From NCBI GenBank assembly GCA_002700865.1, contig PAFB01000123.1:1-46820 (forward strand): 46,820 bases of DNA. The letters are read 5' to 3'. The translations under genes were made by a program, and so were the position numbers. Below are positions 28,469 through 36,289 of this stretch, piece after piece. Under the pieces are notes generated by a model. It saw only the letters and a list, made by a program, of their open reading frames with translations. It was not told where the DNA came from and made no database searches. Origin of the DNA: Rhodospirillaceae bacterium. Lineage in GTDB: Bacteria > Pseudomonadota > Alphaproteobacteria > UBA7985. Position 1 is the first letter of the stretch. Every line of letters starts with the position of its first letter.

Positions 28469-28564
28469 TTAAATGACCGTCCCACTCATGGCAGCAAAAG
28501 CAGTAACGACGGCAAGGATCACGTACACAGCCAGACCAAGGTTTCGAAGTGTTGGCGAGTTCAT
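28469..28564 (-). CDS. Unannotated 31-aa single-TM peptide (MNSPTLRNLGLAVYVILAVVTAFAAMSGTVI)
   Basis: My own translation; it falls below the ORF-track length cutoff. GGGGAAGG lies 7 nt upstream of the ATG. Its TAA stop ends 3 nt before the XpaC-like ATG. Confidence 0.5.
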   Translation of the reverse strand: MNSPTLRNLGLAVYVILAVVTAFAAMSGTVI

Positions 28565-28665
28565 AGGCAAGCCTTCCCCAAAAGATGAAGTGGTCCCCGT
28601 ATTCACTCTTTTTACATCGGAATTGTTAAGGCTAAATGCAAGAGATCTCTCTCACTTTTGTCCGT

Positions 28666-30456
28666 CTATATCCCCCAAATAAACGCAATCAACGGTGTTC
28701 CGATCAGGACAATGAGAATTTCCAGCGGTAATCCCATGCGCCAATAGTCTCCAAATCGATACCCGCCCGGCCCCATAACCAGCAGATTGTTCTGGTGTCC
28801 AATCGGCGTCAGGAAGGCACAGGACGCACCCAGCGCCACGGCCATCAGGAAAGCATCCTGCGAGGACCCGATTTCATTGGCGACCGTGGCGGCAATCGGG
28901 GCCATGACGACGGCGGTCGCCGCATTGTTCATGATGTCGGACAGGGTCATGGTCACGACCATGATAATTGCCAGCAGGATCAGGGGGCCAAAGGAACCCG
29001 CGGTTGAAACCACGCTATCGGCGATCAACACGGTTGCACCGGTCTTCTCCAGCGCATCCCCCAGCGGGATCATGGCACCCAGCAGGACGATGATGGGCCA
29101 GTCGATGGACTGATACAGCTTTTGCGGATCAATCCGCCCAAACAGCAGCATGCCCACAACCGCGGCGGCAAAGGCAATGGCCACCGGCACACCCAACAGC
29201 GCCGTCGCTGCAATCGCCAGCGCAAACAGGCACAGCGGCGCCCAGTCCTCCCGCTGACTCTGCCCCAGCATCAGCGCGCGTTGCGCCAAAGGAACGGCGC
29301 CCAGATCGTTGATTGTATCGGGCAGGGTTGAGGGTTCGCCCTGCAGCAGCAGCACGTCGCCAGCGCGCAGGCGGACACGGCCAATGCGGTCCTGAATCGG
29401 CGTGCCCTCGCGCGCAATGGCCAGCAGGTTTGCCCCGTATTTCCGGCGCAGATACAGGCTCCGCGGGGATCGGCCTTCGACCCGTGAGCCCGGCAGCACA
29501 ACGGCTTCCATCAAGGCCGCATGTTCTGAGGTCATGTGTTCTTCAACAAACTCGTCGGCCCCGGCCAATTCGAGCTTTTGGGCTGCCAAAAAGTCTTGCA
29601 GCACGTTCGGTCCCGCCTGGATCATCAGGATATCGCCCTTGCGGATATGGCGCAGGCGCAGGTTGCCGAACAGCTTGGTCGCGCCGCGGATAATGCCGAC
29701 GACTTGAATGCCGCCATCCGACAGGCTTTCTAGGCGGAAAATCTGCTCGTTGATCAGGGGGTGGTCTTCGGGCACGAGGATTTCGGTGACGTAGTCTTTG
29801 ATCTCAAAATGCGCTGTTTCGCCTTGTGGCGGTTTGCGTTTGCGCGGGATCAGCCGCCAGCCGACCAGCAGCAAGAACACCAGCCCAACAAAGGCCAGCA
29901 CGCCGCCCACGGGCGAAAATGCGAACAGGCCAAAGGGCTCACCGGTGATTTGTTCGCGGTAGTTGGAAACAATGATGTTCGGCGGCGTGCCGATCAGGGT
30001 CGTCAAGCCACCCAGAATGGTCCCGAATGACAAGGGCATCAGGATCTGGCTTGGCCGCTTCGACAGCGAAATTGCGACGGGCATCAACAAGGCCAAGGCA
30101 CCGACATTGTTCATAAACCCGGACAGCAAGGCTGCGATCCCGGTGAGCATGGCCATGAACAGCAGCGGCCGGTCTGAAACGCTTTCCAGTGGCCCGGCTA
30201 ACCGGTCGATCACGCCGCTGTTCTGGATGGCACGCGAGATGATCAGCACCAGCGCCACGGTGATGACCGCACTTTGCGAAAACCCCATAAAGGCATCAGC
30301 GGATTGCACCACGCCAAGCAGGACGGCGGCAATCAGCGCAGTCAGCGCAACGACATCATAGCGAACGCGTCCCCAGACAAAGGAGATCATCGCGAGGCCA
30401 AAAATCGCAAAGATAATGGCCTGATTGACAGTCAGAATGGCGGCTTCATTTTGCAT
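28666..30456 (-). CDS. SLC13/DASS-family permease with two central TrkA-C (RCK_C) domains
   Basis: 596 aa. Hydrophobic N- and C-terminal halves flank a ~170-aa soluble insert with duplicated RCK_C-like segments (..GD.L.IQG.. and ..GDVLLLQGEP..). Confidence 0.8.
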   Translation of the reverse strand: MQNEAAILTVNQAIIFAIFGLAMISFVWGRVRYDVVALTALIAAVLLGVVQSADAFMGFSQSAVITVALVLIISRAIQNSGVIDRLAGPLESVSDRPLLFMAMLTGIAALLSGFMNNVGALALLMPVAISLSKRPSQILMPLSFGTILGGLTTLIGTPPNIIVSNYREQITGEPFGLFAFSPVGGVLAFVGLVFLLLVGWRLIPRKRKPPQGETAHFEIKDYVTEILVPEDHPLINEQIFRLESLSDGGIQVVGIIRGATKLFGNLRLRHIRKGDILMIQAGPNVLQDFLAAQKLELAGADEFVEEHMTSEHAALMEAVVLPGSRVEGRSPRSLYLRRKYGANLLAIAREGTPIQDRIGRVRLRAGDVLLLQGEPSTLPDTINDLGAVPLAQRALMLGQSQREDWAPLCLFALAIAATALLGVPVAIAFAAAVVGMLLFGRIDPQKLYQSIDWPIIVLLGAMIPLGDALEKTGATVLIADSVVSTAGSFGPLILLAIIMVVTMTLSDIMNNAATAVVMAPIAATVANEIGSSQDAFLMAVALGASCAFLTPIGHQNNLLVMGPGGYRFGDYWRMGLPLEILIVLIGTPLIAFIWGI

Positions 30457-30612
30457 GCCGTTTAGTTACTGGGATTTGATCAACTTTGCGAGGCCTTGGT
30501 TTCATGGCGGACACGCTAAAACAGACGGAAAAGGACGATTGCAGGCCACGGCGAACCGACCTATAAGCGGCACATCATGTCCCCAAGCGCGAGCAGCGAG
30601 GGCATCGAGCGC

Positions 30613-30702
30613 GGAGAGGTGGCCGAGCGGCTGAAGGCGCTCCCCTGCTAAGGGAGTATACGGGAGACCGTATCGTGGGTTCGAATCCCATCCTCTCCGC
30701 CA
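30613..30702 (+). tRNA. tRNA-Ser (anticodon GCU), class II with long variable arm, CCA encoded
   Basis: Cloverleaf folded by hand. Acceptor GGAGAGG/CCTCTCC, anticodon stem CTCCC/GGGAG with loop CT-GCT-AA, long variable arm, T-loop GGTTCGAATCC, 3' GCCA. Confidence 0.93.
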
Positions 30703-30795
30703 TTCATTTCGCTTCAATTTCTGTTTTCCATAGAGACTAAAGAGCGGTGGGCGTGGATTGTCTGACGTTTCAACCCAGTTTTGCGCCTTTTGGCC

Positions 30796-30830
30796 GGGGT
30801 AGGACGGGACAGGACGGGGTTGGGCAGGGG
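30796..30830. other. G-run tract (GGGG-N6-GGG-N7-GGGG-N2-GGG-N2-GGGG) on the plus strand; a C-rich, G-poor tail on the phnF transcript
   Basis: Read directly. It lies immediately 3' of the phnF stop (30833). It could be a Rho utilisation-type region or G-quadruplex-capable DNA. Confidence 0.3.
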
Positions 30831-30832
30831 TT

Positions 30833-31594
30833 TTAGTGTTCGATGCGCAAGGCGGCGAGATCGGCGCGGAAGAAGGCTTCGCAGTATTCGATAGCTGCGC
30901 CTTTGGCAGGCTGGCCCGACCCCTGCGGTGAGGGGTCTTCAATATTCAGTGCGATGGTATGAAGAACGGCAACCCGGCCTTGCGCGGTGTCATGCCCGCT
31001 TGCGCTGCCGCCCAAGTGTCGGGCTATCGGCCCCTCAACCCAATCAGCGGTGACTTCAGTCCACAAACGGCGGTAACCCGGAACGCCGCAAGCCTGCAGG
31101 CTCGCGGTGACTGACAGCGTATCGGCAAAGGCCGTCCGCAATTCTGGCAGGCGGGCGGCGGGGAAGGAACTGCGGGTGTAGGCAAAGGGCTGACCATCGA
31201 TTTCCGCCAGCGTTTCAATCTGGTGAACAGACGCGCCAGAACGCAGTTTGAGGGTGCGGGCAATGTGGGGCTCAGCCGGGCGGGTTTCAGAAACGACAAT
31301 CCGCTTTTCCCCCTTGCGCTGAAGCCCTGCGACGTTGTCCGTAAACCGGGTGCGCTGCCCCACGCGGTAGTTCAGACGCGGTTGAACAACCTCAGCCCCT
31401 GCGCCTTGACGCACGCGGATCAAACCCTCGGCCGCCAGTTCAGCCATGGCGCGTCGCACCGTGTGTCGGTTCACAGCAAAGCGAGTGGAGAGCTGCGCCT
31501 CAGTGGGGAGGCGCTGACCGATGGGATATCGGCCCGTGCGAATATCGTCTGTGAGTTGATCTCTTATCTGCTGCCAAACGTAGCGGGTCGCCAT
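30833..31594 (-). CDS. phnF: Phosphonate metabolism transcriptional regulator PhnF (GntR/HutC family)
   Basis: N-terminal GntR wHTH (..G.RLPTEAQLS..F.VNRHTVRRA...L..EGLI...QG.G) plus a UTRA-like C-terminus. Divergent from phnG. Confidence 0.85.
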   Translation of the reverse strand: MATRYVWQQIRDQLTDDIRTGRYPIGQRLPTEAQLSTRFAVNRHTVRRAMAELAAEGLIRVRQGAGAEVVQPRLNYRVGQRTRFTDNVAGLQRKGEKRIVVSETRPAEPHIARTLKLRSGASVHQIETLAEIDGQPFAYTRSSFPAARLPELRTAFADTLSVTASLQACGVPGYRRLWTEVTADWVEGPIARHLGGSASGHDTAQGRVAVLHTIALNIEDPSPQGSGQPAKGAAIEYCEAFFRADLAALRIEH

Positions 31595-31638
31595 GTTGTA
31601 GCCTCGGCTGCTGGTTCACGTCTGAAAATGTGCGCGGT

Positions 31639-31656
31639 TCGTCACACGGCTGTCAA
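31639..31656 (+). promoter_or_regulatory. Candidate Pho box (TCGTCAC-ACGG-CTGTCAA) upstream of phnG
   Basis: Two 7-bp direct repeats with a 4-bp spacer, matching the CTGTCAT-N4-CTGTCAT PhoB consensus at 5/7 and 6/7 positions. Oriented toward phnG and about 80 nt upstream of its start. Confidence 0.4.
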
Positions 31657-31685
31657 AAATAACCCTTAACGATTTAGGGGTTATT

Positions 31686-31703
31686 TGTCTATACAAATAG
31701 ACA
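31686..31703. promoter_or_regulatory. Candidate PhnF (HutC-type) operator: inverted repeat TGTCTAT-ACAA-ATAGACA containing GTcTAtAC
   Basis: Perfect 7-bp arms, read directly. It contains the GT-N-TA-N-AC core typical of HutC-subfamily operators. Located between the candidate Pho box and the phnG start. Confidence 0.5.
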
Positions 31704-31735
31704 TATGAACGGCAACCATAAAGGAAGCACCAACG

Positions 31736-32197
31736 GTGAAACAGGCGTCTGACTCCTCGGCAAGACAGGAATGGATGAGCGTTCTCGCCAAAGCCCAGCC
31801 CGACAGGCTACTCGCGCTTTGGCAAGCAACCTCGCGTGGCGAAGAACAAAGACTGACATGGCTGCGCGCGCCGGAAATCGGGACGGTGATGGTGCAGGGA
31901 CGCGCGGGCGGGACAGGCGAAGCCTTTAACCTCGGTGAAGTCAGTGTCACGCGCTGCTCAGTGCAAATCGATGCATGGGTTGGACACGCTTACGTGCAGG
32001 GTCGCGACAAGAACAAGGCGAGGCTCGCCGCCCTGTGTGACGCGCTGCTGCAGGCTGAACCGGAGACTGCCAGCCGCATCAACACAGGCATCATCGCCCC
32101 CCTTCAGGCTGAGGCTGCGAAACGGCGCGCGCAGACAGCGGCTAAAGCCGACGCCACCAAGGTAGAGTTTTACACGCTGGTTCGGGGAGAAGAATGA
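31736..32197 (+). CDS. phnG: C-P lyase system protein PhnG
   Basis: ..R..WM.VLA.A....L...W......LR.PE.G.VMV.GR.GG.G..FNLGE..VTRC.V is the PhnG pattern. First gene of the phnGHIJKLM run. GTG start. Confidence 0.85.
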   Translation: MKQASDSSARQEWMSVLAKAQPDRLLALWQATSRGEEQRLTWLRAPEIGTVMVQGRAGGTGEAFNLGEVSVTRCSVQIDAWVGHAYVQGRDKNKARLAALCDALLQAEPETASRINTGIIAPLQAEAAKRRAQTAAKADATKVEFYTLVRGEE

Positions 32198-32868
32198 TGA
32201 GCAAAGCCCTAAACGCACCGCCAACCTCAGCTCCGTCCGCCACCACTCCCACCGCCTTTCCCGCCGCCTCTCCCACCACCTCTCCCACCGCCTCTCTTGA
32301 TGCATTGAGCGGTGGTTTTGCGGATGCGAGTTTTGACAGCGCGCACGCCTTTCGCACGCTGCTGGATGTCATGGCCCGTCCCGGTTTGATTGGTCGCTTG
32401 ATGCAGGCCAAAGCTCCGGCGCCAGCTTCACCGTCACTGGCCACGGCGCTGTTAACCCTTTGCGACGGCACAACCCCGCTTTTCCTCGCGCCAAGCCACG
32501 CAACCCCGGCGCTGAAAGACTGGATCGCGTTTCACATGGGTGCGCCGCTGACTGCGGATCCGGCAGAAGCTGTCTTCGCGGTGGGGTCGTGGGACAGCCT
32601 TGGTGGGATCGAGCGCTTTGCCGTGGGAAGCGATGACTACCCCGACCGCTCGACCACTGTGCTGGTTGAGACTGACTGGTTGGCCAACGAAGGGCTTCGC
32701 CTGACCGGGCCGGGGATCGCCACGAGCGCCTTCCTGAACCTGCCGCAATCGTGGCTGCCGGCGCTGCAGAGCAATCACGCGCTGTATCCGCAGGGGGTGG
32801 ACTGCTTTTTCTGCTGTGAGGAGGCGATTGCTGCCCTGCCGCGCTCCACGCGTGTGGAGGCAGGCTGA
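32194..32868 (+). CDS. phnH: C-P lyase system protein PhnH (with low-complexity Pro/Thr/Ser N-terminal extension)
   Basis: After ~35 low-complexity residues: GFAD...D...AFR.LLD.MARPG, the PhnH signature. Overlaps the phnG stop and is coupled to phnI (TGATG). Confidence 0.85.
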   Translation: MMSKALNAPPTSAPSATTPTAFPAASPTTSPTASLDALSGGFADASFDSAHAFRTLLDVMARPGLIGRLMQAKAPAPASPSLATALLTLCDGTTPLFLAPSHATPALKDWIAFHMGAPLTADPAEAVFAVGSWDSLGGIERFAVGSDDYPDRSTTVLVETDWLANEGLRLTGPGIATSAFLNLPQSWLPALQSNHALYPQGVDCFFCCEEAIAALPRSTRVEAG

Positions 32869-33986
32869 TGTATGTCGCAGTAAAGGGTGGCGAAACCGCC
32901 ATCGACAACGCTCACCGTTGGTTGGCAGACCTTCGCCGGGGTGACAGAGAACTGGCGCCGCTGCAAACGGAACAGGTGAGCGAGCAGCTGACGCTGGCGA
33001 CCAGCCGCGTTATGGCTGAGGGTGCCATCTATGATCGCGAATTGGCGGCGCTGGCGATCAAGCAGGCTCGGGGCGATTTGATTGAAGCGATCTTCTTGCT
33101 GCGCGCCTATCGAACCACATTACCGCGGTTCGGGACCAGCTTGCCCATCGATACCGGCGCAATGGCCTGCGTGCGTAGGATTTCCGCCACGTTCAAGGAC
33201 GTGCCAGGCGGACAGGTGCTGGGACCGACCTTTGACTACACCCACCGCCTGCTCGATTTCGCGCTGGCCGCCGATGGTGAAGTGCCGGCGGCGCTTAAGG
33301 CTGAACAGCAGAACCAAGCCACCACGCCACCGAGTCAAAAGCCCAGGATCAGCGATTTCCTTGACGAAGAAGGTCTGCTTCAGCCCGAGCCCAGGGGCAG
33401 TGAAACACCACCGGACCTGACGCGAGAGCCGGTCGCCTTTCCAGCCGGTCGCGCGCTGCGGCTGCAGGCGCTGACCCGTTCAGACGAAGGGTTTCTGCTG
33501 GGTCTGGCTTACTCGACCCAACGGGGTTACGCCCGGAATCATCCCTTTGTCGGGGAATTGCGCATTGGTCTGGTCGCCGTAGAGATGGCAATCCCGGAAC
33601 TGGGTTTTTCCATTGAAATCGCCGAAATCGAAGTCAGTGAGTGCGAAACGGTCAACCAGTTTCAAGGGTCAAAGACGCAACCTGCGCAATTCACCCGCGG
33701 TTATGGACTGGTATTCGGGCAAGCCGAGCGCAAGGCGATCAGCATGGCGCTTTGTGACCGGGCGCTGCGGTGGGAGGAGTTGGGTGAAGACAATCTCGGC
33801 GCACCAGCGCAGGACGAGGAGTTCGTCATTATGCATGGCGACAACATTCAAGCGACGGGCTTTGTCGAGCACATCAAACTGCCCCACTACGTCGATTTTC
33901 AGTCTGAAGCCGAACTCGTTCGCCGTCTCCGCCGCATGCACGCTGACAATCAAGACCATCAGCAAACCCAAGGGGATGACTCATGA
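32868..33986 (+). CDS. phnI: C-P lyase system protein PhnI
   Basis: MYVAVKGGE.AI N-terminus and AIKQARGD motif. Confidence 0.9.
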   Translation: MYVAVKGGETAIDNAHRWLADLRRGDRELAPLQTEQVSEQLTLATSRVMAEGAIYDRELAALAIKQARGDLIEAIFLLRAYRTTLPRFGTSLPIDTGAMACVRRISATFKDVPGGQVLGPTFDYTHRLLDFALAADGEVPAALKAEQQNQATTPPSQKPRISDFLDEEGLLQPEPRGSETPPDLTREPVAFPAGRALRLQALTRSDEGFLLGLAYSTQRGYARNHPFVGELRIGLVAVEMAIPELGFSIEIAEIEVSECETVNQFQGSKTQPAQFTRGYGLVFGQAERKAISMALCDRALRWEELGEDNLGAPAQDEEFVIMHGDNIQATGFVEHIKLPHYVDFQSEAELVRRLRRMHADNQDHQQTQGDDS

Positions 33987-34852
33987 GCGCTTTGGTCCGC
34001 GAACACTATAATTTTGCTTATCTGGATGAGCATACCAAGCGCATGATCCGACGCGCCCTGCTCAAAGGCGTTGCCATACCGGGCTACCAGGTTCCCTTCG
34101 CCAGCCGTGAAATGCCCATGCCCTATGGGTGGGGGACCGGCGGGGTGCAGGTCTCGGCAGCTTGTATGGTGCCGGAAGACCGGGTCAAGGTGATCGATCA
34201 GGGTGCGGATGACACCACCAACGCAATTTCAATCCGAAAGTTCTTTGAGCGCACGGCCGGGGTAACCGTGACGGAGCGCACAAAGGAAGCAACCCTGATC
34301 CAAACCCGCCACCGCATCCCCGAACAACCGCTGTCGGAGGATCAGATCCTCGTCTACCAAGTGCCGATCCCCGAGCCTTTACGCTTCCTTGAGCCGCGCG
34401 AGACGGAGACACGGAAGATGCATGCGCTCAGTGAATACGGCCTGATGCATGTCAAACTCTACGAAGACATCAGCCAGCACGGCGAGATTGCGACAAGCTA
34501 TGCTTATCCGGCTGAGGTCAACGGCAGGCACGTCTTTGATCCGTCTCCCATTCCGAAGTTCGACAATCCCAAGCTCGACAACTCGCCGGCCTTGCAGCTT
34601 TTCGGCGCGGGACGGGAGCAGCGGATATACGCGGTGCCGCCCTATACCCGGGTCCGCAGCCTGGACTTCGAGGATTACCCTTTTGTCGCCGCTCGGGCCG
34701 AGCACAGGTGTGCTCTGTGCGGTTCGACCCATACCTATCTCGACGAGGTCATCATTGATGATGAAGGGGGGCGGATGTTTGTCTGCTCGGACACCGATTA
34801 CTGTAACGAACAGCAACGAGCCAATGCGGAGGCGGAACGCGATGCAGGATGA
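33983..34852 (+). CDS. phnJ: Alpha-D-ribose 1-methylphosphonate 5-phosphate C-P lyase PhnJ
   Basis: YNFAYLDE.TKR.IRRA.LK..AIPGYQVPF.SREMP.PYGWGTGG and a C-terminal Cys cluster (CALCGS...C..). Confidence 0.92.
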   Translation: MSALVREHYNFAYLDEHTKRMIRRALLKGVAIPGYQVPFASREMPMPYGWGTGGVQVSAACMVPEDRVKVIDQGADDTTNAISIRKFFERTAGVTVTERTKEATLIQTRHRIPEQPLSEDQILVYQVPIPEPLRFLEPRETETRKMHALSEYGLMHVKLYEDISQHGEIATSYAYPAEVNGRHVFDPSPIPKFDNPKLDNSPALQLFGAGREQRIYAVPPYTRVRSLDFEDYPFVAARAEHRCALCGSTHTYLDEVIIDDEGGRMFVCSDTDYCNEQQRANAEAERDAG

Positions 34853-35618
34853 ACCGCTATTCTCAGCCTCTGCGGTGAGCAAGTCCTATGGCACCCACGT
34901 CGGTTGTCGTGATGTCAGCTTTGACCTCTGGCCGGGCGAAGTCCTTGGTATTGTCGGTGAAAGTGGATCAGGAAAGTCCACGCTGCTGAACTGTATCAGC
35001 GGCCAGCTCGACCCCAGTGAGGGGGACGTGCTCTACCGCACCCAAGACGATGGAATGAAAAGCACGCAGGCCATGAGCGAACCGGAATTGCGAAAGTTGC
35101 GCCGGACGGACTGGGCTTTTGTCCATCAGAACCCTCGGGACGGTCTCCGCTTGAGCGTGTCCGCAGGGGGGAATGTGGGTGAGCGGCTTATGGCTGTTGG
35201 CGCGCGGCACTATGGTGATATCCGGCGAAGCGCCAGCGAATGGTTGGAGCGGGTTGAAATCAGCACGGCGCGCATCGACGATCGCCCAAGCACCTTTTCA
35301 GGTGGCATGCAACAGCGCCTGCAAATCGCCCGTAATCTTGTGACGCATCCTCGATTAATCTTCATGGACGAGCCCACTGGCGGCCTCGATGTTTCGGTGC
35401 AGGCGCGTTTGCTCGACCTGTTGCGGAGCCTGGTGCGAGAGCTTGGACTGAGCGCCATCATCGTCACGCACGACCTTGCGGTTGTTCGCTTGCTCGCTGA
35501 CCGCCTGATGGTCATGAAGGACGGCTCTGTGGTCGAGCAGGGGCTGACGGATCAGGTGCTGGACGACCCACAGCACGCTTACACCCAACTTCTTGTCAGC
35601 TCGGTGCTCATGCCATGA
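34842..35618 (+). CDS. phnK: C-P lyase system ATP-binding protein PhnK
   Basis: ABC ATPase with Walker A GESGSGKST, signature FSGGMQQR and Walker B LIFMDEP. I place the start at ATG 34842 (MQDEPLF..). The track's ORF from 34449 is an out-of-frame overlap of phnJ. Confidence 0.88.
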   Translation: MQDEPLFSASAVSKSYGTHVGCRDVSFDLWPGEVLGIVGESGSGKSTLLNCISGQLDPSEGDVLYRTQDDGMKSTQAMSEPELRKLRRTDWAFVHQNPRDGLRLSVSAGGNVGERLMAVGARHYGDIRRSASEWLERVEISTARIDDRPSTFSGGMQQRLQIARNLVTHPRLIFMDEPTGGLDVSVQARLLDLLRSLVRELGLSAIIVTHDLAVVRLLADRLMVMKDGSVVEQGLTDQVLDDPQHAYTQLLVSSVLMP

Positions 35619-36289
35619 TCCATGTCGAAAATGTCTCCAAAACCTTTACTCTTCACAATCAGCACGGTGCCGTGATTGAAGTGGTCTCTCGCGCTAATCT
35701 GGACGTGCATTCAGGTGAATGCGTGGCCTTGACCGGTGTCTCGGGCAGCGGAAAATCAACGCTGATGCGTATGATATTCGGCAACTATCTTGCCGCCAGT
35801 GGTCAGATTACGGTGGACGGCGTGCGCATTGTGGGCGCCAGCCCTCGCGAGATTATTGCCTTGCGACGGCATAGGCTCGGCTATGTCAGCCAATTCCTGC
35901 GGGTGGTGCCCCGCGTTTCCACGCTGGATGTGGTCTCTGAGCCCTTGTTGCGCGTGGGTACCTCTGAGGTTGAAGCCCATGGCGGGGCAAAAGACCTGCT
36001 GGCCCGCTTGCGTATTCCCGAGCCGCTATGGTCGCTCTCGCCCCTGACTTTTTCAGGAGGTGAGCAGCAACGGGTCAACATCGCACGCGGTTTCGCACAC
36101 CATTATCCGGTGCTGCTGGTGGACGAGCCGACGGCAAGCCTCGACGGCACCAACCGAGACACCGTGCTTACGCTTATCGAAGAGGCCAAGGCGCGCGGTG
36201 CCGCCATTCTTGGCATCTTCCATGATGCCGACGCCCGAGCGCGGGTCTGCGACCGGGAAATTGATGTAAGTGGATTCAAAACACCATGA
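35615..36289 (+). CDS. phnL: C-P lyase system ATP-binding protein PhnL
   Basis: ABC ATPase with GVSGSGKST, FSGGEQQR and LLVDEPT. Position after phnK, with an ATGA overlap. Confidence 0.88.
   Translation: MIHVENVSKTFTLHNQHGAVIEVVSRANLDVHSGECVALTGVSGSGKSTLMRMIFGNYLAASGQITVDGVRIVGASPREIIALRRHRLGYVSQFLRVVPRVSTLDVVSEPLLRVGTSEVEAHGGAKDLLARLRIPEPLWSLSPLTFSGGEQQRVNIARGFAHHYPVLLVDEPTASLDGTNRDTVLTLIEEAKARGAAILGIFHDADARARVCDREIDVSGFKTP

Noticed and set aside
23978-30702. tRNA-Ser-associated genomic island containing the TelA cluster
   Set aside because: No integrase, recombinase or transposase is present. I did not spot a direct repeat of the tRNA 3' end, and the composition looks like the surrounding genome. 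A computational repeat search for the last ~20-45 nt of the tRNA would be decisive.
34449-34841. N-terminal extension of PhnK in the ORF track
   Set aside because: It overlaps phnJ out of frame. The ABC ATPase homology begins at MQDEPLFSASAVSKSYG (ATG 34842).
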